From the NCBI GenBank assembly GCA_044344195.1, contig JBIJDL010000003.1, forward strand, positions 1 through 43,386: a stretch of DNA of 43,386 nucleotides. Reading direction: 5' to 3'. The stretch is from Candidatus Hydrogenedentales bacterium. Its GTDB lineage: Bacteria; Hydrogenedentota; Hydrogenedentia; Hydrogenedentales; JAEUWI01. The notes beneath the pieces were generated by a model. It had not been told where the DNA came from and did no database searches. It saw only the letters and a list, made by a program, of their open reading frames with translations. The position numbers and the translations under genes were made by a program. Below are positions 9,277 through 19,400 of this stretch, one piece after another (positions within the stretch are counted from its first letter, which is position 1; each line of letters begins with the position of its first letter).

Positions 9277-10038
9277 TTAGACCGCGGCCTCTTCTTCTTC
9301 GCGAAGCCAGTCGTAGCCCTTTTCTTCCAGCTCCAGCGCGAGTTCCTTGCCGCCGGATTTCACAATGCGGCCCTTGTAGAGCACGTGCACGAAGTCGGGA
9401 ACGATGTGATCCAGCAGGCGCTGGTAGTGGGTGACCACGATGAAGGAGCGCGTGGGGGTGCGGAGCTTGTTCACACCCTCGGAGACGATGCGCAGGGCGT
9501 CGATGTCCAGACCGGAGTCGGTCTCGTCGAGGATAGCAAGGCGCGGCTCCATGATGGCGAGTTGGAGGATTTCATTGCGCTTCTTTTCGCCGCCGGAGAA
9601 TCCGAAGTTCACAAAGCGCTCGGCGAAGCTGGGGTCGACGTTGATCAACTCCATCTTCTCCTTGAGTAGCGAGGCGAAGTCCATGGCGTCGAGCTCTTCG
9701 AGGCCACGGCTGACGCGGATCTCGTTCACGGCCGCCCGAAGGAAGTAGCTGTTGGTGATGCCGGGAATTTCAACGGGATACTGGAAGGCCAGGAACATGC
9801 CCAGACGCGCGCGCTCTTCGGCGGGCATCTCCAGCAGGTCATTGCCGAGAAAGGTTACGCTGCTTTCTTCGTCCACTTCGTAGGCCTGATGACCGGCGAG
9901 GATCTGCGCGAAGGTACTCTTCCCGGAGCCGTTGGGCCCCATGATGGCGTGCACTTCGCCCGGATTGACCGTGATGTCGATTCCCTTGAGAATCTGGTTT
10001 CCGTCAACGGAGGCTTTCAGGTTTCTTACTTCCAGCAT
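9277..10038 (-). CDS. sufC: Fe-S cluster assembly ATPase SufC
   Basis: GPNGSGKST Walker A, FLAFQYPVEIPG, FSGGEKKRNE, LDETDSGLDIDAL. Confidence 0.97.
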   Translation of the reverse strand: MLEVRNLKASVDGNQILKGIDITVNPGEVHAIMGPNGSGKSTFAQILAGHQAYEVDEESSVTFLGNDLLEMPAEERARLGMFLAFQYPVEIPGITNSYFLRAAVNEIRVSRGLEELDAMDFASLLKEKMELINVDPSFAERFVNFGFSGGEKKRNEILQLAIMEPRLAILDETDSGLDIDALRIVSEGVNKLRTPTRSFIVVTHYQRLLDHIVPDFVHVLYKGRIVKSGGKELALELEEKGYDWLREEEEAAV

Positions 10039-10039
10039 G

Positions 10040-11536
10040 TTATCCAACACTCCCTTCGAGGCTCAGGCTCAGCAGGTTCGACGCCTCCACGGCAAATTCC
10101 ATGGGCAGGTGGTCGAAGACCTCCTTGCAGAATCCATTGATCACCATGGAGATCGCGTCTTCCGGGCCGATGCCTCGCGACTGACAATAGAACAATTGAT
10201 CTTCGCTGATTTTAGACGTGGACGCTTCGTGCTCCACGGAGGCGGACTTGTTCCGCACGCTGATGTAGGGAAAGGTGTGGGCGCCGCACTCGTTGCCGAT
10301 GAGCAGCGAGTCGCACTGGGTGTAGCTTCGGCTGTTGATGGCCTTCGGCATCACCTGCACCAGCCCGCGGTAGCTGTTGTCGCTCTTGCCCGCGGAAATG
10401 GTCTTGGAGATGATCGTGCTCTTCGTGTTCTTGCCGAGGTGGATCATCTTCGTGCCCGTGTCGGCCTGCTGGTGGTTGTTCGTCAGCGCCACGGAGTAAA
10501 ACTCGCCCACCGAGTTGTCGCCCTTGAGGATGCAACTCGGATACTTCCACGTGACGGCGGAGCCCGTCTCCACCTGGGTCCAGGAGATGCGCGCGTTGTC
10601 TTCGCAGCGTCCGCGCTTCGTAACAAAGTTGTAAATGCCGCCCTTGCCCTCGGCGTCGCCGGCGTACCAGTTTTGCACGGTCGAATAGCGGACCGTCGCG
10701 CCCGGCAGGGCCACGATTTCCACCACGGCGGCGTGAAGCTGGTTTTCATCGCGCTGGGGGGCCGTGCAGCCTTCGAGGTAATTCACCGTGCTGCCTTCGT
10801 CCGCGATGATGAGCGTGCGCTCGAACTGGCCCGTGTTTTCCTGGTTGATCCGGAAATAGGTGGACAGGTCCATGGGGCACTTGGTGTTCTTCGGAATATA
10901 GACGAAAGAGCCATCGGTAAACACGGCGGAATTGAGCGCCGCATAGAAATTGTCGCTCTGGGGCACCACGGAGCCGATGTATTTCTTCACCAGCTCGGGG
11001 TGGTCGCGCAAGGCCTCGGAAATGCTGCAAAAGATGACGCCGCGTTTCGCCAGGATGTCCTTGTGGGTCGTGACGACGGACACGCTGTCGAAAACCGCGT
11101 CCACGGCGACGTTACTGAGGCGCTTCTGTTCTTGGAGGGGGATGCCCAGCTTGTCGAAGGTGGCGAGGATATCGGGATCGACTTCGTCGAGGCTGTTGAG
11201 CTTCTTCTTTTCCTTGGGCGCGGAATAATAACTGATGGCCTGGAAATCGGGCTTGGTGTATTTTACCTTAGCCCAAGAGGGCTCTTCGTCAAAGCGAAGC
11301 CACGCCTGGTAGGACTTCAAGCGCCATTCCAGCATCCATTCGGGCTCGTCCTTCTTGGCGGAGATGAGGCGGATCACGTCTTCATTCAGGCCGACCGGGA
11401 TCGTTTCGGATTCAATATCGGAGGTCCAGCCATACTTGTACTCGCGCTGCGCAGCCTCGGCCGCGCGCTTGTTGCTCTGCTCAACGCGCGTGCCGGTATA
11501 TTCGGCTGTTTCTAGCTTTCCGGTAGGGGAAGCCAT
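10040..11536 (-). CDS. sufB: Fe-S cluster assembly protein SufB
   Basis: YFRIN...[41 protein letters not shown]; AGGAG SD before ATG 11536. Confidence 0.97.
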   Translation of the reverse strand: MASPTGKLETAEYTGTRVEQSNKRAAEAAQREYKYGWTSDIESETIPVGLNEDVIRLISAKKDEPEWMLEWRLKSYQAWLRFDEEPSWAKVKYTKPDFQAISYYSAPKEKKKLNSLDEVDPDILATFDKLGIPLQEQKRLSNVAVDAVFDSVSVVTTHKDILAKRGVIFCSISEALRDHPELVKKYIGSVVPQSDNFYAALNSAVFTDGSFVYIPKNTKCPMDLSTYFRINQENTGQFERTLIIADEGSTVNYLEGCTAPQRDENQLHAAVVEIVALPGATVRYSTVQNWYAGDAEGKGGIYNFVTKRGRCEDNARISWTQVETGSAVTWKYPSCILKGDNSVGEFYSVALTNNHQQADTGTKMIHLGKNTKSTIISKTISAGKSDNSYRGLVQVMPKAINSRSYTQCDSLLIGNECGAHTFPYISVRNKSASVEHEASTSKISEDQLFYCQSRGIGPEDAISMVINGFCKEVFDHLPMEFAVEASNLLSLSLEGSVG

Positions 11537-11857
11537 ATAGAAAGTCTCCTGTTCTGCAATCGAAGGGTGCGTCGACCGGATGATCGGATGCGCGCACGAG
11601 GCACTCTGTTGCCCCGCCGACTTCACGACGAAAGGGACGTGATTGCGTGTGTGGTGCGGATACGGTGATGAGGGCGGGCTTCATGCCGGACACGGTTGCC
11701 GACCTGTTGCTCCGCAGGCTCACAACACTATAAACAGCATGGACTTACGTTTTATTCCCACCTGGACTCGGGCCCTTGGCCTCCCTGTGCGATCGAGGGG
11801 GCCTGATCGGGTACTTTACCCATTTTAACATAGAACGGCGGTCGAAGGGAAAGATTG

Positions 11858-11929
11858 GACAGTTGACAGTTGACAGTTGAAAACGCACGAACTGTCGGCC
11901 GTCAACTCCATACGACCCATAAGACCCAT
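11858..11929. repeat. Short tandem repeats: (GACAGTT)x3 and a CCCATA(C/A)GA 9-mer array
   Basis: Seen at 11858-11880 and 11908-11929, just downstream of dprA. Confidence 0.75.
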
Positions 11930-11940
11930 CGGGCCAGTGG

Positions 11941-12888
11941 CTAGTCGAAAAGTCCTATTTGCTCGGGGGGACGGGATTCCTCGTGCTGTGCGGCATGGAG
12001 CAGCGCGGACTTCTGGAGCTTGCCTCGGGCATCGGTCAGACGGCAGGCACCCTTCCGGCCGCGGAGCGCGCCATCCCGGCAGGCACCACCCCAATAGAAG
12101 ACCGTCTTCCCACCGTCCAGGGCCTGCTCCGCCGTGAACATGCTTCCCCCTTTCACCCGGGGCTCGATCACGCAGACGAGTGAGGAGCACGCGGCGATCG
12201 TTCGATTGCGGGTCATGGCCCGGTGGGTCTGCCAGCCGTCGGTCGGCAGAAACTCGCTGATCAGGAGCACCTGCCCGCCCTCAAGGCCCGCGCGCAGCAC
12301 GGACGGGGGCTCATAGACATGCAGACCCTCGGGCAGAACAAGCACTGTAGAACCGTCGGCCTTCAATGCGGCTTGGTGGGCGGCCAGGTCGATGCCCGCC
12401 GCGCCGCCGCTCACCACCGGTATGCCTTCGCGGGCGAAGACTCCCGCACATGCCGCAGCCAGCCGGCTGGCTTCACGGGTGGGCTTTCGCGTGCCCACAA
12501 TGCCCGCGCCGGGCGAATCGAGCAAGGCCTCGTTGCCCTGATAGAACAGGATGGGCGGGGCCTGATCGCCGAGGACCCGGCTCAGGAATCCAGGGTAGCC
12601 CATGGTGCCCGACACCACGAACCGCATGCCGCCATTCCTCGCCACGTTCAGGAGCCACGTAGCCTGCTTCTGCTCTTGTTCACCGCAACGGGACAGGGCG
12701 GCGGCGGCGCTTGTCTCGCCCGACGCGGTCTGGGGGAGTAAATCAGGGACGGGTACGCCGAAGAACTCGGCCAGGGGACGTCGGAGTCGTGCGGCCAGAC
12801 GCAGGCTGTTGTGAATCGTCTTCCGGCCCGCACCGGGGACGAGTGAAAGCGCGACAATATCTTCGGGGGCTGTAGGGTGGTCAGGCAT
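11941..12888 (-). CDS. dprA: DNA-processing protein DprA/Smf
   Basis: YPGFL...PPILFYQGN, GIVGTRKP, VVSGGAAGIDLAAHQAAL, LLISEF, RNRTIAA, GGSMFTA. Confidence 0.88.
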   Translation of the reverse strand: MPDHPTAPEDIVALSLVPGAGRKTIHNSLRLAARLRRPLAEFFGVPVPDLLPQTASGETSAAAALSRCGEQEQKQATWLLNVARNGGMRFVVSGTMGYPGFLSRVLGDQAPPILFYQGNEALLDSPGAGIVGTRKPTREASRLAAACAGVFAREGIPVVSGGAAGIDLAAHQAALKADGSTVLVLPEGLHVYEPPSVLRAGLEGGQVLLISEFLPTDGWQTHRAMTRNRTIAACSSLVCVIEPRVKGGSMFTAEQALDGGKTVFYWGGACRDGALRGRKGACRLTDARGKLQKSALLHAAQHEESRPPEQIGLFD

Positions 12889-13163
12889 GGGGGCGATCCG
12901 CTGTGTGTGCAGGGAGAGTATACGTTGAACACGGGCGGACGCCGCAAGCGCGGCCCGGTGCCCCATCCTGCCCACCTTTGTGGCGCAGTTGTGTCAGGAG
13001 GTCGTGGCGGACGGAACGAATAGAACTCCGGTGGGTAGTTTTCAAGGAGCAGTGAATGGATAACTCGTGGTACGAACGATATACTGCATCGGTAGTGTCA
13101 GATGCGGACGGTATGGCGGTTTGAACGGGTTCCAGGGGACCCGCAGTGAAAGAGAGGCAGCGC

Positions 13164-14798
13164 ATGAGTACAGTGTTTCCAGATCAACCAATACGGACCG
13201 GGCACCCACCCCTCCGGTGTTTTTTCGCCATCGCGAGAGCGGCGTGCGTCATGGCGGTCGGCGTGGCGGCATTCGCGGCGCACGGCGCGGACGTCTCGTG
13301 GACGGGACCCGAAAACGGGCAGTGGCACGTGGGCGACAACTGGAGTGGTGGCACGGTGCCGGAGCCGGGCGACAACGTAAGCATCAGCAGCGCAAACGTC
13401 ACGGTAACCGACGTGCGCCAGATCGATGGGAGCTTCACCTTGAGCAGCGGGGTGCTGTTTACGGTGGCCGGTGATGGGGCCAGCTTCACGGCAACGGGTG
13501 CGACCACCATCGACAATGGCCGCCTCAGCGTCGGCGGTGGCGCACTCCTGGACCTGTCGCAGGCCACTTCGTATTCCTGGACGGAGTGCGAAGCGGGCCA
13601 GATCATTTTCGTGAGCGGCGCGAACTCGGTGCTGGATCTTTCCGGTGTCGTGGCCTTGTCCGTTGACGTGCCCTCCTGCGAGGATGTGACCGAATCCATT
13701 TTTGTTAGCACGGGGGGAATGGTGGACTTCGCATCGCTGGAGACCATCTCCGCGCCGGGCGAGCAGAAGTTCTTTTTCAATCTGGTGCTGGGCGGTTCCA
13801 TATCGGCCCCCAACCTCTCGTCCATCGCGGGTGGCGACGATGGCTCCCTGCTGGCGGCATCCTTTGTCATCGGGCTGGATGTCGACCTGGTTCTGCCTTC
13901 CCTGGAGAGCCTGTCCAATACAACCATCACCGTGGCGGGAGGGCTCTTCACAGCCGACGCCGTGACCCGGGCCAATTCCTGTCTCTTTTCCCCCGCGGGT
14001 GACAATACGCTGTCCCTCGACGGCTTGGAAACCATGACGGGAGGCGGACTGACCGTGCCCACGACGGGGCGCCTGACGCTGCCTGAATTGAATCTCCTGC
14101 GCGATACCTTCGTGTTGCTGGCTGCGGACTCTGCCCTGAGTGTGCCGAAGCTGGCGGTGGTTGAGGGGACGGAAGATCCTACCTCCTTCGCGGGCGCGGG
14201 TGCGATCTCGCTGGACGCGCCGCTGCTGACCTCGGCGCGCAACGTGACGTTTATCGTCACCAGCGTGCTCGGCGAGGAGTCCGTGCTGGATCTGTCCGCA
14301 CTCCGGACCTACACCTGGGACATTTGCGAGGGAGGCGCGCCCTTTACCGCCGGCGGTTCCGGGGCCCTGCTTGATGTATCTGGATTGCAGACCTTTTCCG
14401 TGACCAATGCCGGATGTCTGGGGCTGGGCTATGTAACAGGGGCCACCGGCGGATCGGAGATCGATCTCTCGGGTTTGACGACTATTACGGCGCCGTTGGG
14501 CCAGTTCGTAAGTTTCCTTGCCGGTGGGACCGGGACGGTCATCGACCTTTCCTCACTGGTCAATTTCAACGTGGCCACGGTGACTTTTTTTGAAAATGAC
14601 AATGGGCAGATCATTCGGAACGCCGGTGGCGAAGGTGAGGGCGAAGGCGAGGGAAAGACTCCGGCTTGCGGTGTGGCCAGCGGAGACAGCGATTTCGGAT
14701 CTTGGGGGGCCGGCGATACGCTGCTGGTATTGGGCCTGCTGGGTGTTATTGGTTTGGGTGGGCGGCGTCGGTCCGTTGCGGTGCGCCGCGAAAGATAG
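13164..14798 (+). CDS. Cell-surface beta-solenoid repeat protein with GEGEGEGE linker and C-terminal membrane anchor
   Basis: Signal-like segment ending AHG|A; WTG...W...NWSGGTVP N-terminal motif; about 14 LxLxxL repeats; ACG...GDTLLVLGLLGVIGLGGRRR C-terminus. Confidence 0.8.
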   Translation: MSTVFPDQPIRTGHPPLRCFFAIARAACVMAVGVAAFAAHGADVSWTGPENGQWHVGDNWSGGTVPEPGDNVSISSANVTVTDVRQIDGSFTLSSGVLFTVAGDGASFTATGATTIDNGRLSVGGGALLDLSQATSYSWTECEAGQIIFVSGANSVLDLSGVVALSVDVPSCEDVTESIFVSTGGMVDFASLETISAPGEQKFFFNLVLGGSISAPNLSSIAGGDDGSLLAASFVIGLDVDLVLPSLESLSNTTITVAGGLFTADAVTRANSCLFSPAGDNTLSLDGLETMTGGGLTVPTTGRLTLPELNLLRDTFVLLAADSALSVPKLAVVEGTEDPTSFAGAGAISLDAPLLTSARNVTFIVTSVLGEESVLDLSALRTYTWDICEGGAPFTAGGSGALLDVSGLQTFSVTNAGCLGLGYVTGATGGSEIDLSGLTTITAPLGQFVSFLAGGTGTVIDLSSLVNFNVATVTFFENDNGQIIRNAGGEGEGEGEGKTPACGVASGDSDFGSWGAGDTLLVLGLLGVIGLGGRRRSVAVRRER

Positions 14799-14830
14799 TC
14801 TTGGACGGCAGTAGCCGCTGAATTTTAATG

Positions 14831-14870
14831 AAGCCCCCGCGCGGAGCGAGAACTCGCGCGGGGGCTTTCT
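14831..14870. terminator. Rho-independent terminator-like hairpin between convergent genes
   Basis: aagcccccgcgcg / cgcgcgggggctt stem followed by tct. Confidence 0.7.
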
Positions 14871-14884
14871 AGCATCTCGGGGAT

Positions 14885-15002
14885 CTTATGGGTCTCATGG
14901 GTCGTATGGGCTACTGTTTTCATAATGACCCATCCGACTCATGGGACACATAGGACCCATAGGACCCATTTTCATCCTTCATCCTTCAACCTTCATCCTT
15001 CA
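14885..15002. repeat. Inverted ATGGGTC/GACCCAT 9-mer arrays plus (TTCATCC)x4 heptamer array
   Basis: tcttatgggtctcatgggtcgtatggg faces cccatccgactcatgggacacataggacccataggacccat; the heptamers at 14971-15002 include the tolC stop codon. Confidence 0.8.
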
Positions 15003-16415
15003 CCACGGCGCGCCGATCAGATATTCCAGGATGGCTGCGGCCTGGTGCTTGTCTTTCGTGGCGCGCAGGTGTTCGAGTTTGAATTCCATGACATTGCGCA
15101 TGCTATCCAGCATCTCCAATATTGAGATCGCCTCGCTACCGGAAGCGTACTCCGCCTGGAGCCCTTCCAGGATGGTTTCTTCGCGCTTGAGCAGATCTTC
15201 GCCATAGAGCGCCATGCGCCGGGTTGCGTCATTCCATTGAAATGAGTTCTCCCTTGCCTCGGTGGCGAGCATGCGCTGTTCGTCCTCCTGGTGCCAGCGG
15301 GTGGCGTTGGCCATGTGCTCCTTTTCGGCGATGCCCGCCCTGATCTTCTTCTTCCATATGGGCAGGTTGATTCCGATCGAGACGGTCAACTCATCCGTCA
15401 CGCCCCGCTCGGTTTCTTTGTAGTCGAAGGTTTCATAGACATCGAGCAAGGTGCCACCCGTGATCATTTCGCGTCCGGCGGCAATGCGCCCCAGATCCCG
15501 GTAGGTCTGGAGCCGCCCCGGCTCGAAGGGGTCGGTGCGCCCGGCGCGCATATTGCGATCGAGCGCGTAGTCGACGCCGATCGTGATGTCGGGGTACTTC
15601 ATCCGCCGCGCCAGCTCCACGTCCTTTTCTTCCGCATCGAGGGTATGATCGAACATGCGCAGGGATGGATTGTTGTTTTTGACGGCGGCTTCGAGGGGTT
15701 CCTCGGTGGGCGGCTCCGGGGGGAACTCGGCGGCTTGCGGCGCTTCGATTGGCGCGTCCTGGGGACGGTTCAACGCCGCGTTCAGCGCGGCACGGCTCGC
15801 GGGCTCCATCTGTTCCAGCTCACTGCGCATATTGTTCATCTTCGCCAGCTCCTGCTCCATCCGGAGTACTTCCGCCTCGGATGACCAGCCGGACTCATAC
15901 TGTGCGCGGGCCACTTCGACGGACTCCGCCATGATTCCCGTCTGGTGCCCCACCAACTTAAGCTCTTCCATCAGAAAAGCGTAGTCAAAGTAGGCCATCT
16001 TCACCTCGCGAAAGACCGCGTTGCGCTGTTCGTGGAGGTGGGCGAGCCAATACTCGGCTTCTGCGGCGGCCTTTTCTTTCCGCACGGCGCGGGTACCGAA
16101 CCAGGGAAATTTCTGCTCCAGATCCACCATGAAATAGCTCTCGTCGGTGACGATGAACTGGGTGTAGGTGAACATGGGATCTTCCAGCGCGCCCGCCTGG
16201 GGGATGCGCTCCAGGGCCGCGCGCCAGTCTTCGTAGTGGGCCTTGAGGAGTGGGTGGTTCTCCGCGGCTTCCAGAAGATAACCCCGCAGTTCTTCATTGC
16301 CCGCGAAGAATGCGGGGGCGGTATCCGGCAGCGTCTCGTCGGCGCGCGCTCCGGTATACCAGCCCGTCACCAGCGCGGCAATCATGATCAGTGGAATGAG
16401 TCGTCTGTTGTTCAT
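15000..16415 (-). CDS. TolC/CusC-family outer membrane efflux channel
   Basis: Signal peptide; A..HP.LKA, LEDPMF, LEQKFPWFG, YPDITIG, IGINLPIW motifs; coupled to cusA (ATGA overlap). Confidence 0.88.
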   Translation of the reverse strand: MNNRRLIPLIMIAALVTGWYTGARADETLPDTAPAFFAGNEELRGYLLEAAENHPLLKAHYEDWRAALERIPQAGALEDPMFTYTQFIVTDESYFMVDLEQKFPWFGTRAVRKEKAAAEAEYWLAHLHEQRNAVFREVKMAYFDYAFLMEELKLVGHQTGIMAESVEVARAQYESGWSSEAEVLRMEQELAKMNNMRSELEQMEPASRAALNAALNRPQDAPIEAPQAAEFPPEPPTEEPLEAAVKNNNPSLRMFDHTLDAEEKDVELARRMKYPDITIGVDYALDRNMRAGRTDPFEPGRLQTYRDLGRIAAGREMITGGTLLDVYETFDYKETERGVTDELTVSIGINLPIWKKKIRAGIAEKEHMANATRWHQEDEQRMLATEARENSFQWNDATRRMALYGEDLLKREETILEGLQAEYASGSEAISILEMLDSMRNVMEFKLEHLRATKDKHQAAAILEYLIGAPW

Positions 16416-19400
16416 GGGTTCTCACTCCTTTCTTCGGTCCAGTGATGGCGCTGGCTGATGGACATGTAGATGTAGTAAATGACGGGGTAAAAGACGAGTT
16501 CGATGAGAAAGCCCACGAGGAGCCCGCCGATCATGGGGGCGGCAATGCGCCGCATGACATCAGCCCCGGTACCTTCGGCCCAGAGGAGGGGAACCAGGCC
16601 GATGAAGGCCGAGGCCACGGTCATGGCCTTCGGGCGGATGCGCATGACCGCGCCATCGTAGACGGCGGCCCAGAGATCTTCGCTGTTCCGCATGCGTCCC
16701 TCCAGTTTGAATCGGTCGTAGCTGGTATCGAGATAGAGCAGCATGACCATACCCGTTTCGGCGTCGAGGCCGGCAAGGGCGATGATGCCGATCACGACGG
16801 CGAGGGACAGGTTGTAGTCCAGCATATACAGGAACCAGAAGACACCAATCATGCTGAAAGGGCAGGCCAGAATGATGACGGCCACGCGGAACCAGCTCCG
16901 AGAACTGACGTAAAGCAGGAGCGTGATGATGACGAAGGTCGCCACGGTGGCCGCGAGCAGCCGGGGGATGGCTTTCTCCCAGAACTCGAACTGGCCGGAG
17001 AACACGAGGGTGTAGCCCGGGGGGAGCTTCACTTCTCTGGCGACGGTGGCGCGGGCTTCGGCGATGTAGCCGCCCAGGTCACGCCCGGCCACATCCACAT
17101 AGATCCAGGCCGTGCGCTGGGCGTTCTCGCTCCGGATCATGGGGGCTCCGGGGTTGATCTGCATTTTTGCAAGCTGCCCGAGGGGAATCTGGGCGCCCGT
17201 GGGGGCGGGCACAAGCAGCCGCTCCAGGGCGGGCAGATCGTCGCGCAGTTCGCGGGCATAGCGCATGTTGAGGGGATAGCGCTCCAGGCCCTCCACGGTG
17301 GTGGTGATGTTCATTCCGCCGATGGCGGTCTGGATCACATCCTGCACGTCGCCCACGGTCAGGCCGTAGCGCGCGACCACTTCACGATCGATGTCGAAGT
17401 CCAGGTAATAGCCGCCGAGGGTGCGCTCCGCATAGGCGCTTGTCGTGCCCGGCAAGTTGCGGACCGCGTTGGCGGCTTGCTCCGCGAGATCGCCGAGAAC
17501 CTGGAGATCGGGGCCCATGATCTTGATGCCGACGGGCGTCTTGATGCCGGTCGCGAGCATGTTGATCCGGTTCTCGATGGGGTAGGGCCACGCATTGGCT
17601 ACGCCGGGCAGCGTACACGCCGAATTCAGTCCGGCGTGCTGCGTGCCATCCGCGTCAATCCAGCCATACTTGAGTTCCTCCATACTGATGGGGCGCTCGC
17701 TGGGCCAGAATCGGTAGAAGGGCTTGCGGAGGAACTCGGGCCAGCCGTCGTGGAACTGGGCCAGGGTACGCTTACGCCAGGCTTCCCGGTCGGGATTCAA
17801 CTGGACCACCGTTTCGATCATGGAAAGGGGGGCGGGGTCCGTGGCGGAATCGGCGCGACCGATCTTGCCGTGGACCGATACGACCTCGGGGAAGGTCATG
17901 ATCATTTTGTCGGTCTGCTGGAGCAATTCGCGGCTCTTCATGACGCTGATGCTCGGATCGGTGGTGGGCATGTAGAGCAGATCGCCCTCGTCCAGCGAGG
18001 GCATGAACTCCGATCCGAGTCGGGTCATGGGGTACCACGTGGAGGCGAGGGCGATGAAGGCGATGATTACCACACTCCACCGATAGCGGACCGAGAAGTG
18101 GAAGAGGGGACTGTACATGCGTTGGAGTATGTTGCTGATGGGGCTGTGCTGCTCGTGGATGATGCGCTGGGGAACCAGCAGCATCCCGGCGAGCACGGCC
18201 CAACCCGCAGCGATGTGGAGACGCCAGGGAGCGAATTCTTCGGAGTAGCCCGCGGCGAGCCACAGTATTGCGCCGGGCACGAACATGGCCGCGAGGGTAA
18301 TGGCGAGGTTGCGGCGCCAGCCCCATTCCTTGGGCAGGACGCGTGCGGAAATGAAGTAATACATGAGCACGGGAATGATGGTGATGCTCAGGATGGATGC
18401 GGCGGCCATGGCCGCAGTCTTGGTGAAGGCCAGGGGATGGAAAAGCCGCCCCGCCTCTCCTCCGAGGGCGAAGACGGGGATAAAACTCACCGTGATGATG
18501 AGGAGGGAGAAGAAGAGCTGGGGCCCGACCTCCTGCGCGGCTTCGAGAATAATGTCGAAGCGCGGCCTCGGGGCCTCGCCGCGCTTGACGGCGTCTTCCT
18601 CCCGGTCAAGGTGCTTGTGGCCGTTCTCCACCATGACCACGGCCGAATCCACCACCACGCCGATGGCGATGGCGATGCCGCCGAGGGACATGATGTTGGC
18701 GTTGATGCCGAAGAGGTGCATAAGCAGCAAGGCGACGAGCACGCTGGAAGGCACAACGAACACGGCCACGAGTTCGCTGCGGGCATGGAGCAGGAAGAGA
18801 ATGCAAACCAGTCCCACCACGATGATTTCCTCAATCAGCGTGCGTTGCAGGGTCTGTATGGAGCGGTTGATCAGCGAGGAGCGATCATAGGTGGGAATCA
18901 CCTTGACGCCGGGTGGCAGGCCGTCTTCCAGCTCGAAGAGGCGCTGCTTTACGTCCTTGATCACCTGGTAGGCGTTCTCGCCGAAGCGTGCCACGATGAC
19001 CGCGCCGGCGGCCTCACCGATGCCGTTGAACTCGCCCACGCCGCGTCGGGCTTCGCCGCCGATCTGTAGCGTGGCCACATCGCCCAGGAGCACGGGAACG
19101 CCGCCCTCGCCCAGGCCTACGGGCACTTTGGCGAGATCGTCGAGGCCTTTTAAGTAGCCACGGCTGCGCACCATGTACTCGTTTTCGCTCAGCTCGACCA
19201 CGGAGCCGCCCACGTCGTTGTTAGACCTCTCGATGGCCTCGCTGATGTCGCCGAGGGGGATGTTGTAGGCTTGGAGTTTTTGCGGATCGAGCACGACCTG
19301 GTACTGGCGCACATAGCCGCCGATAGGGGCCACTTCGGAGACGCCGTCCACGGCGGTCAGCGGGTAGCGGAGGTACCAGTCTTGCAGGCTGCGGAGCTGC

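Noticed and set aside
9932-11515. 527-aa plus-strand ORF (also 6803-7984)
   Set aside because: Antisense shadows of sufB and sufS caused by high-GC codon bias.
16442-19069. 875-aa plus-strand ORF
   Set aside because: Antisense shadow of cusA with no recognisable motifs.
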